Shown: piece after piece, positions 14,171 to 27,959 of the stretch
Layout: each line of letters opens with the position of its first letter
Numbering within the stretch: position 1 is the first letter of the stretch
Source: Octopus bimaculoides
Taxonomy: Eukaryota
Assembly: GCF_001194135.2 (NCBI RefSeq)
Contig: NC_068990.1
Span: 24,347,932-24,411,931, forward strand
Direction: 5' to 3'
DNA: 64,000 nt
Made by a program: the position numbers and the translations under genes
The notes under the pieces: model-generated
The model's database searches: none
Seen by the model: the letters and a program-made list of their open reading frames with translations, nothing else
What the model was told of the DNA's origin: nothing

Positions 14171-14402
14171 AGGCGGTGAGCTGGCAGAATCGTTAGCGCG
14201 CTGGACGAAATGCTTAGCGACATTTCGCCCGTTGCTACGTTCTGAGTTCAAAATCCACCGAGGTCGACTTTGCCTTTCATCCTTTTGGGGTCGATTAACT
14301 AAGTACCAATTACGCACCAGGGTCGATGTAATCGACTTAATCCCTTTGTCTGTTCTTGTTTGTCCCCTCTGTGTGTAGCCCCTTGTGGGCAATAAAGAAA
14401 TA
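14171..14402 (+). mobile_element. tRNA-derived SINE, family B (Nin/Deu-domain-like core), apparently full length
   Basis: Head aggcggtgagctggcagaatcgttagcg...gagttcaaaatcc, core gcctttcatccttttggggtcgattaactaagtaccaat, end aataaagaaata. Many related copies in the window. Nin/Deu label is from recall of the core consensus. Confidence 0.8.
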
Positions 14403-15104
14403 GATATACAGACAATTTATTTCACCAATTCTTGAACTAATCATTTATGCGTAATCGACCCATTTGCTAAAACATTGCTATTAGCGTTTCTGTTATGATT
14501 CTGATATGCTAGGCTCTTTATTCTAACGTTGTAAAGCTAACAAAACATCCATTATTTCCACATAACTGTTACTGTTTAGAGCTCTCAGTTGTGTATGCAT
14601 ACATACGTAGTCAAGTGAAGTAGATTTGTAATCATATGACTTGGCTATTAACACAGGGATTTTAATTACTGAAGAAGAAACAATATCGATAACAATAGAA
14701 GAAAATACACAAGTCTCGCATTATGTCTTGTCGTTGCGGCACGAATTGAAAGAGACTTTCTACAAGTCAAATTAGATCCGAAAATGGGAAATTTTGCACT
14801 CTGTCAGTGTCAGACAAAGCAATAAAATAGTTTCATTGGCGATTTATTGTTAATGCTTGAGTTAATGGTTGCTGGTCCCGCTAGAAAGAGCAGCCGAATT
14901 TCCAGCATTCATACGCTATCGTCTAAGGATAGAAAAGTAAGAGCGGCTGACATAGTCATATACATATATCTTTTTGTTTATTTTATTTCTCTTAATCTTA
15001 GGACTCAGGCTGGTTACTCGACTTCCATAGAGTACAAGTGACCAATATCACAGCAGTCCTCCTGAATGTGACGCCGGTTCTTTACAGGTTCGAGGCCAGC
15101 AATT

Positions 15105-15295
15105 TTGATGGGAGGGGAACACGCTGATTACGGTTACTCCAGTAAATGACTAGTACTTTATTTTATCGACTCTGAAAGGGATAAGAGACAAAAGTGTCTT
15201 CTGCGTGATTTGAATTCGAAACGAAAAGTGACGAAAGTAACGCCGCTAAGTATTTTGTCAGCTGTGCTAACACTTCTGCTTGCTCACCGTCTTAT
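15105..15295 (-). mobile_element. SINE family B, diverged copy
   Basis: ctagtactttattttatcgactctgaaagggataa and gctaacacttctgcttgctcaccgtctt are reverse complements of the family B core and head. Confidence 0.6.
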
Positions 15296-15663
15296 AGTTA
15301 TAAATACTCTAACTAAATTTAAAAGGGTGCTACAATCTAGCTAGTTCACTGCCTCATATTCATAAATACATTACCTGAATTTAAAAGGAGGCCACGAAGT
15401 CTGAAATATCTCTGTTAAGAGGTCTGCTAATTAAAAGGTTACTTGGAGATAAGCAGCAACGATAGCAGTGACTAGTTGGTCGATGATTGCTTGCAGAAAT
15501 CAATACTCTTCTACAGCGTATATATCGAGAGTTAATGTATAAGTTAAAATTTACACCTCTTGAGCATTAACGCAATAAAGCGCCGACACATTGACGACTC
15601 TAGCAATTATACAGATTCAAATAAAAATGGGTTTCCCGAACTTTTAAACGGCTGTAGGTATAT

Positions 15664-15689
15664 ACTACTACTACTACTACTACTACTAC

Positions 15690-15734
<45 letters not shown>

Positions 15735-15810
15735 CACCACCACCACCACTATCAGTAGTAATATAATGATAATAATAATAATAATAATCATAATAATAAT
15801 AATAGTAATG
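15664..15810. repeat. Compound trinucleotide microsatellite (TAC)n(TAA)n(CAC)n(AAT)n
   Basis: Directly visible. Confidence 0.9.
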
Positions 15811-15814
15811 ATTT

Positions 15815-15930
15815 CAAATTTTTGCACAAGGCCAGTAACTTCGGAGGAGGGGCTAAGTTAACACTAGTATTCGACTGGTACTTATTTTATCGACCCCCCG
15901 ATGTGAAGGCGGCATGCTAACGATTCAGCA
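15815..15930 (-). mobile_element. SINE family B fragment
   Basis: gactggtacttattttatcgacccc and gctaacgattc match the family B minus strand; preceded by an (AAT)n tail. Confidence 0.55.
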
Positions 15931-16240
15931 AGAGAGACAGGGTGAGTGTGGTTGGGAGAGATAGAGAGAGAGAGTTACTGGGAGAGTGTGTGCATTTGTG
16001 TGTGCGTGTATTTTTGAAAGAAGTGTATATGAAAGCATCTGTATGTCATAATGGCCGATATATCTGTTTGCTGGTTGAATTATCCATTCACGCCATACGT
16101 CCTAGAGGGTGAAGGGTAGAGAGGCTAAAAGAAACATACAGAGAGTTAATATAAAGGTGCACATACTAGGCTTGGTGACAGGTAACCAGTAAAGCAACGC
16201 AATACACACAGTGAGAGACAAAGTATCATTGAGGAGAATG

Positions 16241-16355
16241 AGGAGGAAGAGGGTGGAGGAGGAGGAAGAGTGTGGAGGAGGAGGAAGAGTGTGGAGGAGG
16301 AGGAAGAGGATGGAGGAGGAGGAAGAGGGTGGAGGAGGAGGAGGAGGAGGAGGAG
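16241..16355 (+). repeat. Purine-rich 19-bp minisatellite grading into (GGA)n
   Basis: About five copies of ggaggaggaggaagag(g/t)(g/a)t. Confidence 0.85.
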
Positions 16356-16657
16356 TCGTTATGGGGGAGTTTTTTAAGTAAATAAATATTTTTCTTTTGA
16401 AAGTTAGTATTCATTTCATCATTCTGCATAACTACCAAGAAATTTGATAAAAGTTAAATTATGATTATTAAGTGTATGCCATATTTCATGATATTACCCA
16501 TCGTATACATTCAAAGTTACACGTTATATGACGGGTAATTTTCTAGTATATAAACACTTATCAATATATATCACATTATATGTGCATACTTTCAAGAGAA
16601 AGATTGACTGCGTTAATCAAATGAGCGAGTGAGGCAGACATATATTTCCTGACGCCA

Positions 16658-16701
<44 letters not shown>

Positions 16702-16757
16702 ACATACATACATACATACATACATATACACACGTGTGTATGTGTGTAGTCACGTGT

Positions 16758-16801
<44 letters not shown>

Positions 16802-17324
16802 GTGTGTGTGTGTGTGTGTATCTATCTATATGTATAGTGTGTGCGAGTGTGTGCATTTAGAATGAAAGGAGAGAAAGAGAGAGAGGAGGAGAGGGGAGAG
16901 AGAAATAGATTTCATGACGCCAGCGAGTAATTATTATGCGTGAGAGAACGAGATAATCCAGATTTGTTAGTCCAAGTGTGATACATGTTACTTGAAGGTT
17001 AAGATTTCAATACATCAGTTAATTGCTTATCAAACTATTTGGATTAGGTGGCTTTTTTTTTGTTATATATATATATGTGTGTGTGTGTGTGCATGTGTGT
17101 TTGAATATATGTATAAGAGAGAGGGAGGGAGAGAGAGAGAGAGAGACGCTATCCTCATCACACACATTACAGCAGCAATGGGAACACTTCCAGCGGCCAG
17201 CATTGATTGCTACTGATTTATTGTGCATTATCAGAAGAATGATTACCACCGCCACCACAACTATAACCAATATTCATAGTCTTTGGTTGCCAGATTTGAA
17301 ATTTGAGGAAGGCGAATAGCCTAC

Positions 17325-17455
17325 TACATCGTTCACAGTACTTGACTGGTATCTTATTTTTACAACCTCGGATGAGTGAATGGCAAATTTAGACGTACCA
17401 GAATTTGAACTCAGAACGTAAAGAGGTGAAAGAATTAACACAATATATTCTGCCC
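17325..17455 (-). mobile_element. SINE family B, diverged copy
   Basis: tacttgactggtatcttatt and gaatttgaactcagaacgtaa. Confidence 0.6.
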
Positions 17456-17459
17456 GAAA

Positions 17460-17630
17460 AGCGGAGAGCTGGCAGAATCGTTAGCGCGCCGGGCGAAATG
17501 CTTAGCGGTGTCTGTCGTTACGTTCTGAGTTCAAATTCCGCCGAGGTCGACTTTGTCTTTCATCTTTTCGGGGTCGATTAAATAAGTACCAGTTACGCAC
17601 TGGGGTCAATGTAATTGACTTAGCCCCTCC
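17460..17630 (+). mobile_element. SINE family B copy
   Basis: gagctggcagaatcgttagcgcgccgggcgaaatgcttagc...ggggtcgattaaataagtaccagttacgcactggggtc, close to the 14171 copy. Confidence 0.8.
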
Positions 17631-17699
17631 TCTCGAAATTACTTACTCTTGTCCTCAAATTAGGAATGAATATTAAAATTGCTGAGGTGATACTTTGGA

Positions 17700-18080
17700 A
17701 ACTATCTGGCATCAGACATGTCATTCCTTCACTGTGCTTTGGTCACGGTAGTGACTTGTAGTCTGGAGTAGCATACGCCTCCATCCCCAGCCAACCTGGT
17801 ACACGTCTCCTCTCATCTTTTCATTCTCACTGCATCTTCCGCTCTCAGCTTCAAGCTAACCACATTGCCCATTAGTCTTTAATGTACCATCAACCCTCTG
17901 TAATTTCACCTTCTCTAACCTTTCTTTCACTTGTCGACTTACAGATGTTCAAAATATAAGAACATTAATCGTATCGTACTAGTCTCAGGCATCATACCAA
18001 CGCCATTGCTATTGCTTCTTTCTGACTAAATCTTAAAAATTTCCAGTTGACACGGTCACCGATGTTGTTGTGTCTCTAGC
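17700..18080 (-). mobile_element. Possible decayed RTE-clade LINE fragment
   Basis: Purine-rich minus strand with ggtgaccgtgtcaactggaaattt...ggtatgatgcctg, resembling recalled RTE ORF 3' sequence. No intact frame. Confidence 0.3.
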
Positions 18081-19649
18081 TTCATGTTTATCAAGACTCT
18101 ATTAATCAACATTAATTAACATCATTAGCAGTACTTTGTCGTTGGTTTTAATGTTATTGCTGTGAACAACTACTTACAGGATTAAAAACGCTTTAAATTT
18201 TAGATTTACACATTAAAATTCTTTTTCAAAACAAAATATATTTTTATATCAATCAAATTTACTAATCGTACGTTTTTAACATATATTAGATGATTAGATT
18301 ACTTCTAAATTCAATACAACAGACGTGGTTATAAATTTTGTAGTCATTACTTTCTCTTTTTGTACCACCGACAAATCTAATTGCTTGGTTTGTTTATAAT
18401 GGCTCCAATTATCGTATGCAACTTACTAGAATTTAATCCTGCGCTAATTGAAGATTATTGGACATATTTAACAGTTTGGCGATCTGCCGAATATTTAACG
18501 TATTATCAGATTAGTGTAGAATGCCCCGCTTGCTGAAAGATCATGCACGCCACTACTTCCTCGCTGTTTCAAACTGAGGGTATCCTCACAGCCATCAGCT
18601 GTTCGCTTAATCTATGGATTAATCTTTGTAGGCAAATCACTGGGAAACGGAAACCATATAATTAGTTCTCATATGTATGTCTTTCTCTTTTTCTCTCTTT
18701 TCATGTGTCTAATATATATATACATGCATGTATGTATTTATCTATGTATATATATGTATATATAATCCAGGAAAATCCTACAGCTGTTTCATTATTTTAA
18801 CAACAATGTTTGAATATCTTTCACATTAAAGTCTGAAGTCTGATCTACAGTAAACAAAAACGACAAAGAAAAAGCATTTGTTAAACATTTAATCCTTTAA
18901 TTCTGAATTATACAGTCCTAAAGACAGATTACAAACAATACTCTTTAAATTAGTCAATGTCATTTGACTTATTAAATTCATGCTTGACATCTTTTCTTCT
19001 TTAGTCTGACTAGCGTATAATAGAAAACCTACATGTCAGTTATTTTACTATAGAATGGGTTTCAAATTTGCTGAGATCAACTTCGCCTTTCATCGTTATC
19101 GAAGCGATAAAATGAAATATCTGTCAAGTACTTTCCTCACTCAAAATTGCTGGTCTAGGGCTGAAATTCATAGAGAATATAAATGCTGTAAAAAATGTAT
19201 TTTTAAAATTACGAATTGTTGGTGTGAATTATTATAGACGCAAAAAGTCCCTTTACACAGGTCGATGATTTGCTTTGGTTATGATAATTAGCTGAATGAT
19301 GAATTTATACATAGATATAAAGCCACTTTCGTCGCAGACATTTATCGATCTATAGCCCACCTCGACAGGTTGGTGAGCTGCGTTCCACTGAAAAATTAAT
19401 TAGAGAAACACCTGTTGTGGATTTCAACATAAACCATGAATGTAGGTTTTCACAATTATATCCACTCAGCCATTTCGCTTCAAGGAAAACGACTTATCTA
19501 TAATCTTGATCTAAAACTGTATAGGTTGTATTTGTTAGGACAACTGTGACGAAGTATTTCTTTTCACTTTTTCTTTTTATATGTCACATCTGATACAACT
19601 ATCTTTCTTACAATTATCAACTAGTTAGAAGTTACCTAGCTGCAATATG

Positions 19650-19790
19650 TGAAGGCGCGTAGCTTAGTGATTAGAGTCCTGCCTTTACGATTGTACAATA
19701 CCGGGTGGAGTATTGTGTTCTTGAGCAAAGCACGTCATTTTACATTGCTCCAGTCTACTCCCTTGTAGATGAATTCCAGCAATAGCCGGA
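19650..19790 (+). mobile_element. tRNA-derived SINE fragment, family C
   Basis: gtgaaggcgcgtagcttagtgattag...ttgtgttcttgagcaaagcacgtcattttacattgctccagtc, homologous to 45648-45780. Confidence 0.5.
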
Positions 19791-19892
19791 ATAGTTTGAC
19801 AGCGGCTTCGAAGTTTCAGCGAACCAGACGCTAACAGACGATGGATGCTAAAACTTTGAAGTAACTGTTAACTACAAATGTGTGTGCATGTG

Positions 19893-19924
<32 letters not shown>

Positions 19925-21322
19925 TGCACAAAATATCTATCTGATAACCTAGTCATTTCACAATTACGAAAAGAATGTGATGTTGAACATAAATTAGTAT
20001 ATAAAAGAAGTTTATTCATATACTTAGAACATGGTCACCGATATTTCATCAATGGTGACTACATCATAAGAATATGAAGAAAAAGGTCATATATATCTCT
20101 GCAGGGGTGAGTCTTTCGCCGTTGTATATTAGCGAAGTGTACCAGACATTGGCGAGAAAAGTCGAAAAAAGTGGAACGCCATCATATTTGTTCTGCATCC
20201 AGTTACAAACATTTTTGTCCCTATGGCCCTCAGAAAAGCAGTGAAATAGCGATTATCCTATTCAAAACCTGTAAACAACAGCGCTATTGTTCACAATTTA
20301 CAGTATAAAATAATGAGTAAATATTAAACAAATATCCACAGCAGTGACATGCAACACTCTGCTAAAGAAAATTGATATTATCAATATCTATGTAACAGAA
20401 ACACTGGAACTAAAAATACACTTTGTCACCCTACGAAATGGCGTTTGTGTAATAAACGCTAAAGCAGTTTCAGAAACATCTTCGTAAATTCTTTTTACAA
20501 AACATGATGTTACTGTATTGGATATAACGTAGAAATCACGTGCTTTTTTGTGACACAATGTAACTATTAGCATAAGCGTCAGGACATGCGCAATTCCAAA
20601 AGATGTGTTGCTGGTAGAGCAGGAAGTATAATTTTTACTTTTAACAGTGTTTTTAATTATTGCACAGTTTTGTTTTTTTTGCTACATTAAGCAGCATACC
20701 ATTTGGAAAAGCTAACTTGTAAAAGTCTAACTTCCTTTTTATTGTGAAATCTGTCCATGATCTATTTAACAATACATAAAATGGACGTTGGAGGGAAGTT
20801 ATGCAGCAAGTGATTTAGACACTACATTTAGCTGCTTTACTTTACATCTTTACCAAACATTGTTTTTATAATTATAGTTACTTTACTTCTTATAATTTCA
20901 AGTTGCATGCACTTCGTATTGGTAAAACTCTATGGTATTTGTAAACTGGTTTTAGTTATATCAATGATATTTTGTAAAAACATGTTTCTCAAATAAATGA
21001 GTAGGATCAACGTGATATATTAATTAATCGTGTATTAATAAAGCTTCCTTTAACAAACGTTCGTTATAGCTAAAGTATTGTAGAAATTCGCGGTTTCACG
21101 GCTCACTTGATACTATATTATTTGATATATCTCTAAGCACGATTACAATACTTTGATCTAATGTACAAAGTAATAAACGAGAAAATTACCCTTTTTATTG
21201 AAACAATTTTGTGTACAGAAAAAAAAAATCAATGCTGCATTAACTGTATCATGTGTTTGTTATGCAGCCCACATCCAACGGTCAATAATAATAAAAAGAA
21301 GAAGAATAGTAATAATAATGAC

Positions 21323-21362
<40 letters not shown>

Positions 21363-24300
21363 GTGATAATAATGATAATAATAAGAAATAAAGCACGTTG
21401 TCTACATTTTTCAAATTCAGTGTTAAAAATATATATTTCATTTGTTGCAACAGAGTGAATTAACACATAAACTGTTATGCAATGACACTCATGTGACGCT
21501 TAACGCTGGCATTAATACGGCAGTAAACGCTTGTTATTGCATAGCTCAAAAACATCTAATGCATACAATGTTATTCGTGATATTAGCCTCTATAGGTTAT
21601 GATTAATATGTAGGTTTACACCTGGAATTACATCACATAACAAAAGATGTGTCCACTTCTGTCAATTAAATTGCTGTTTGATATGAAACTCATCTAATAT
21701 GAAAATTATTCCTGGCGAAGTGCATAACAAACCTTTCTCAGCGCAATAAGCATTGCTAGCTCTTTAAAAGCCGAATCTGCACTTGACTACGATACGAGTA
21801 GTATTGGAAGTGACATATTACAACAAAACAAATAATACACTAGGAAACGTATGAATGGAGAAAAGAAATCGATTTTTTTCTTACTAGGAAGCAATACATT
21901 TTGCTTCGTCAACGTAAAATGTCGGAAATTTGAAAGCTCTCAGTGAAAGGTCATACAAATAAAACCTCCAAACGTTGGCTTAAGTTAGCCATTTTCAGAT
22001 CAACAGATCAAATGGTCAAATGTACTTTACCAGAAAGCCCTACGAACTATGAAATAGCGCACGCAAACACGCCCGCACACTCACACACACGCACACACAC
22101 ACACACACACACACGAATTCACAAAGTAAACTGGGCGACAAGGACATTTTAATTACGATTGCATTTTAATGATGAGAAAAATTATTTTTCGCACATATAT
22201 ATTGTTTATCCTTTAGACAAAGAAGTGTTTCGGAGTTAACTGAAATTTGGTGTTGGAAGTGTTGGATGATAGAGATTGGCAAGAAGCATGAATGCCAGTA
22301 CCAGATTCTGCTCAGGCCCTGGAATAGTTAGATAATCTTTTACTTTGATATACTGAATATTTATATACAGTGTTAAGAAAATACAATGAAAGTGATGATA
22401 CGATTAAGATATATTTATGCAAAACAGACAATTAAAGGGTGAGATACGATACAAAGATACCATAAGCATAATTTATACGGTGACAGTGAGTAAAATGTTG
22501 TTAATTAATGAAGACTTGGTCATTAAGTAAACTGGCACTTAAACATTTTGCTATTTTTTTTATAATAAGAGAATTATTTTATGAAAGGGCTTATCAATAT
22601 TTGAAACTAAAAATTGAAATTTGCCAGAAATTCATATGTGGAAAAAATTAATGGTTTTTATAAATGAGGAAAAAAATTAATGGTTTTTATAAACAGTATT
22701 TGACTTCCATCTGTTTGTCATTAATACCATTTAATTTTTAAATAATGTTGGAAGTTCATTATTGATGAAAAAATCATAGAGTAAAACAATTATCTAGATA
22801 TAGTTTTATAAATGTAATGGAAGTGTATGATCGTATCTAAGTGCATATGGTGAGAGATAGTTAAAGGCTATAAAGGAAAGATATAACAAAAAATGGTAAC
22901 AGATTGTAAACTTAAATGACTAATGGGAAAGAACTTTAGAGGAGAATAAAGTTAGAAAATAGCACCAACGATTATAGTAGTGAGGTAGATGATGAGGAAT
23001 CTTCTCAAATATTTAAAGTAGAAAACTGTTCGACAAATTTAGGCAGGACATTCTATGGCCATTACATTTTCGGACTAAAATCTTCCTTCGAATTTGTCAC
23101 AAATAACTTTTTTTAGCAGAAGGTGATTGTTAGTTTAATAATGATATAATTTGTTCAATCAAGTTTTCCGTTACTTACTTCAACCAAATGAAAAATAGAT
23201 AGACAAATGAATAAAAAAGCAATAGATCTTGAAATCAGCACGAAGTAATGAAACACTCAGTAATTATACAATGCTACCGCTTATAGCGATGAGGTGTTCG
23301 TATGAAAACTATCGAGGTAGAGCGTTTCACGATAGATAATTGTCTCAACCATAGACGAACAACAGTTTGTTGACAAGACAGCCACTATCATCCTTATCTC
23401 TATGCAGACTGCCATCCTTTAACGAAAAGTGAATTTAGATAATTGAAAGAGGATTTAACTATTTTTCCTATTATCATATTAAACATTAATGGATCTTAGA
23501 AATTTGTAAACCATTTTAGTCATACATTGTAGGTAATACGGGTATGAAAGAGACAAGAACGTCATTCCACATAAGAATCAGAAACTATGTGGTAGGTTGA
23601 TTAATTGCTCAAGACATTTGATTCTACTCAAGATTTTTATGAACCAGACATGATAACAGATGGAATGCTTCTCAATATAATCTTATTTCATTCCATTTAA
23701 TGTTCTGTTATCTTACACCACCATTCACAACGCTATAAAAAGTACACTATTCTGATTGATAGTTATCTGACGAAGTTAGATCTGCAGTAGTCATTCAACG
23801 TAACCTTCATTAATGTCAGAACGATTTCTATCATTATTTCGGTTATTTAAACAGATAAATGCTCTTTTACCTAAAGTTTTAAAACAAGAACAAAAAGAAA
23901 TCTCATTAAAGAATTAGCTACTGCAGACAAAGCATGCTAAGTATGGATTTTTGTCCTGAAAATACTGCACTTGCTAGTCGAATTCCACGTTCACCCACCC
24001 TGAATATCTGATCACATGCAAGTAAGCTAGTCTTAATGACTAACTATTACTAAGCATTTAAATTAAATAAACTAATCGCTATCTCCATGACCCACCTCTG
24101 ACTAAGGTAATGAAATCCAGCGAAATAATTGTCTTACAACTTCAATATGGGACAGAAAAAAAATCATGGCTGCTTCTCGTCAAAAACGAGTCCTTATATC
24201 AAGTCGACTTAGTTTATCATCGATAAAAGCTGTGTATTCTAATCTTTTAAGTTGAAATCTTTTTATGCATAATATCCTATGGAATATTATTATAAGATCA

Positions 24301-26204
24301 AAATTTCATAACTTTAGAGGTTTCAAATGATATAATACTTGCAGTTATTTAATAAGTTTAAAAATGTAACACAGCTTGCTGAATTTGCTGAATAACGTCT
24401 ATAATCTGCTTAAATTAATTTAATGAAAACTTTAAAATATTTTCTACAAATATAAAATGCAAATATCTCTCCCCTCACTCTGTGTATATATAGATATATG
24501 TACTCATACATACAGACAGACACTCACACAGAGGCACACACGCACACACACACATACATACATACATACATACATACATAAATACATACATACATATAGA
24601 ATTAATAACACGGAAAACAGGATGGTATTCAAAGCTTTATAGAACATATGCAGTTTGACAATTACTGTCATAATTGCATAACATTTGTAGAAACATCACA
24701 GCACGTCAACGTTCATATATATAAATGTATGCATTGCGTGTTTCTTAAATAGTTATACATGGCAAGAACTAGAATGCTGAAGTGTATTATATATTGTCCA
24801 GGTGCAGTGCCCTTGTTGCTCTAAAATTCGTTCTATCTTATTTGTTATTGTTCTACCAAACAATGCAGTATTTTACTGTTTCATTCGGTTAATATAAGCC
24901 AAATCTAATTTAATTAAAATAATGCTGAAGTAAACCAGTTCGACGACTAAACTGATGTTTTACTAATCTATAAATTTCATATATTATATTATAAGACATA
25001 AATGTATTAAAATATATTCTTATTCATTTTAACTAGAATTGTTTGTAAATATCGATTCAGTATATTTGGAAGTAGTTAAGCCGAACGCATAAGACACGGG
25101 TATATTTATTCTGATTCAAGGATTTTCATTTATACTCTAGACTTAACCTTATTCTCTAAGGGTTATCTTGTCAGAACTAAATGTCAGATTATGTAAGAAA
25201 AGCTGTGAGTAACCGATTGAGCAAGATAAAGGACAATCAGGGGAAGGAACTATGTTTCGTATCATGCTTTCATCCTTCTGTTCTGTGTCTGTGGAGAAGT
25301 CTCATAACGTTCAACAGCGGAATCTGTCTAGCTTTAATCGTTACCGTAAATAACAGTTCTGCGTTCTGTTAGTTCTGCGATAGAAGCAATGTGTTGTTGA
25401 TCAGCGTCTAATAGGATGATTTTTAATCTTATATTAATATGTAACCAGGAGTTGAACACAGGCTCTATGGAGCTTCTTGTTTGTCTGGGAAATTAATAAA
25501 TTACAATATGTATCCCTTCAATCTTATGAGATTTTAGAGGCAGTATTTGGAACCTTTGTCTATAGATATTATAAGTACAGAGAGTTACCTGACTGAAACT
25601 ATTGTTTTCTAAGCTGAGGCCTCAGATTATTTTAAATTCAGCACACCAAATTAAAAATCGTCCATATTGATCTAGCTGTAAAACGTTTTCTTATATTAAT
25701 TAAACTTCAGTTATAATTAAACAAATTACACATAATTACATTATAAAGAAAATTAGCATATTTCTATGAGTTCTCTCGGAAAAGATATTTAATATCTGTA
25801 AGCTTTTCTTAAAATATTCTATACCTAGCTTAACAATATGAGTCAGTGATTGAAGATACAAACTTTTAATAGTAGGCCACAAACCACATAACTATTTAAT
25901 AGTGGGCCGCGAATTAAACTGGTATACCAACACACTATAGCAAACGCATTTTCTTTTTCAAAGATGTTACTAGAAAATGTGTATTCCTAAACAAATTTCT
26001 AAACCTTATAAGAATTTTCTTTCCAAAAGATGTCTTAAATACAAATTGAAAATCATCTATAATGTTGATTTTTTATTTTGAATACTTTTTCTATAATCCG
26101 AGCGAATGATTAGAGAAATATTTGTTGTTTATTAAAAATGAATTTAAAGCAAATATTGAAATATTCTCATCATGCTTTTTACATAGTTGCGACATTTGTT
26201 TTCA

Positions 26205-26262
<58 letters not shown>

Positions 26263-27049
26263 TTGTGGCTTAGTCAAAGGAGCACTTATAACATGGGCAG
26301 GGACTTCAAGAATGATTAGGAAGAAAGGAAGAAAAAAAAAGAAACTACGAATCATCCAGGAAACTGGATAACTAGCTTGAGACATGATCTGAATACTAGT
26401 CATAGACTGAGCTCTACTTAATACATTGAAAAAGTTAAGTGATGAGCGTTGTCGGTAGGTGGGGAAGCCAGCCAATTAGTATCAAGATTATTTTATTAAT
26501 TCATGTCGCTAGGGTTAAAACTAGTGCGTAATCGTTAAAGATTTTGAATATTTCTCTCCGAGATTAATACGTCACTTATTCATTACATCAATTATGAAAA
26601 TAGTAAACTGATGATTACGAATTTTTAAAATGCATCGAATACTCTGTGTATCACATTTTTCTCCTTCTTTCCTCTTTATATACATTTGCATAATTTGATC
26701 GTATACATTAGCATAATTTTCAAATGTAAATGATCAATATTAATTACATGATAAATATCATATCTTATAGCTGACACGTACATACACTTACTGACATCTG
26801 TACACATGAGTAAGAGTTGTAAAATAAATATACAAACCTAAGTGTTCTCCGGTCATCATGTGTATAGTTTTGCTTGTGGCTTACACTGGACTTCAAAGTT
26901 ATCAAAGTAGATTCTTCTAAGAATGTAGACAACTTCGATGAAATGAGTTTTATTCATAAAAAATTGAATGAAATCAAATAAACTTAAATATACTTGCAAA
27001 TATATGTATTATAGAACAACTTACTGATTATTCTTATATTCTATTCCAG

Positions 27050-27236
27050 ATTGGAAGAATTGCGTTCATTCCACCAAAGTGACCAAGAACAGATTGCTAG
27101 GCAGAACCAACAACTTGCTGATTTAGAAGGCGAGATCAGCATGTTGCGTAGATCTATCGAATCTCTCGAAAAAGAGAAGATGAGGCAATCAAGTATCCTG
27201 ACTAGGATGAACGACGAAATGGAGAAACTCCGAATG
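27050..27236 (+). CDS. NF220: Neurofilament (cephalopod NF220/NF70/NF60-type IF) rod exon, long protostome/lamin-type coil 1B
   Basis: Acceptor ctattccag ends 27049; one base completes a split codon, then LEELRSFHQSDQEQIARQNQQLADLEGEISMLRRSIESLEKEKMRQSSILTRMNDEMEKLRM; donor gtgagt at 27237. Heptad pattern and close match to squid neurofilament rod as recalled. 187 bp. Confidence 0.95.
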
Positions 27237-27894
27237 GTGAGTTAAAATAAGATATTTTATGAATGCAGTGTTATGATAACTCACTATTTATTCTACCTTT
27301 ATCTCCTTGTAAAACCTTCCTTTCTGTAGTATGCTTGAAAACCACGTTCCAATTCGTATCCTTTCTGAAATGCTGTAACGAAATATTTTATTACTAACGT
27401 CAATGGAAATGCTATGCTACCCTCTCACTATCACACTGTTGTAATACACAATCATTATGTCTAAAATATTGACATACAACAATTTATTTTCCTTTTCGTT
27501 TTGTGTTTTAGTTCTCATTTTTTTTTCAAACTTTGGGGAAGATTTTCTAAGGAAGTTATCGGGAATGAGGAAAAATGATGTCTAAAATGCCATTTATCAC
27601 TTGATCGCTAAATAATGGCAATGTGTAAAATGATGGCATACAGTATCATTATTTACAAATTATGAAAAGTACTGACGATTGATACTAATAAAATGTCAGA
27701 CAACGGCAGACTACGAAATTGAAATTATATTTATTTACTATCTCGTAATGATTATTTTTCTAGACCTGATATAATGATGTACCAAGAAAATATTGCACTA
27801 CTTAGGCATTAATAATTGGCAAACTGAACACATTCATTAAGATCATGATCATCAGTATCATGGTATCACCATCATCGTAGCCGACAGAAATGTG

Positions 27895-27896
27895 GT

Positions 27897-27959
<63 letters not shown>
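27895..27959. repeat. (TAC)n microsatellite
   Basis: Directly visible; abuts a SINE head. Confidence 0.95.

Larger units (their letters stand above)
1..27049 (+). other. Probable intron of the neurofilament gene (>27 kb), upstream of the first visible rod exon
   Basis: The 27050 exon starts mid-coil 1B in phase 2, so upstream head/coil-1A exon(s) must exist. I found none in the readable sequence, which has only repeats and spurious ORFs. They could lie in a gap or upstream. Confidence 0.7.

Noticed and set aside
20090-20800. Possible hAT transposase relic (caggggtg start, LCHPTKWRL)
   Set aside because: Similarity too weak to support without a profile search.
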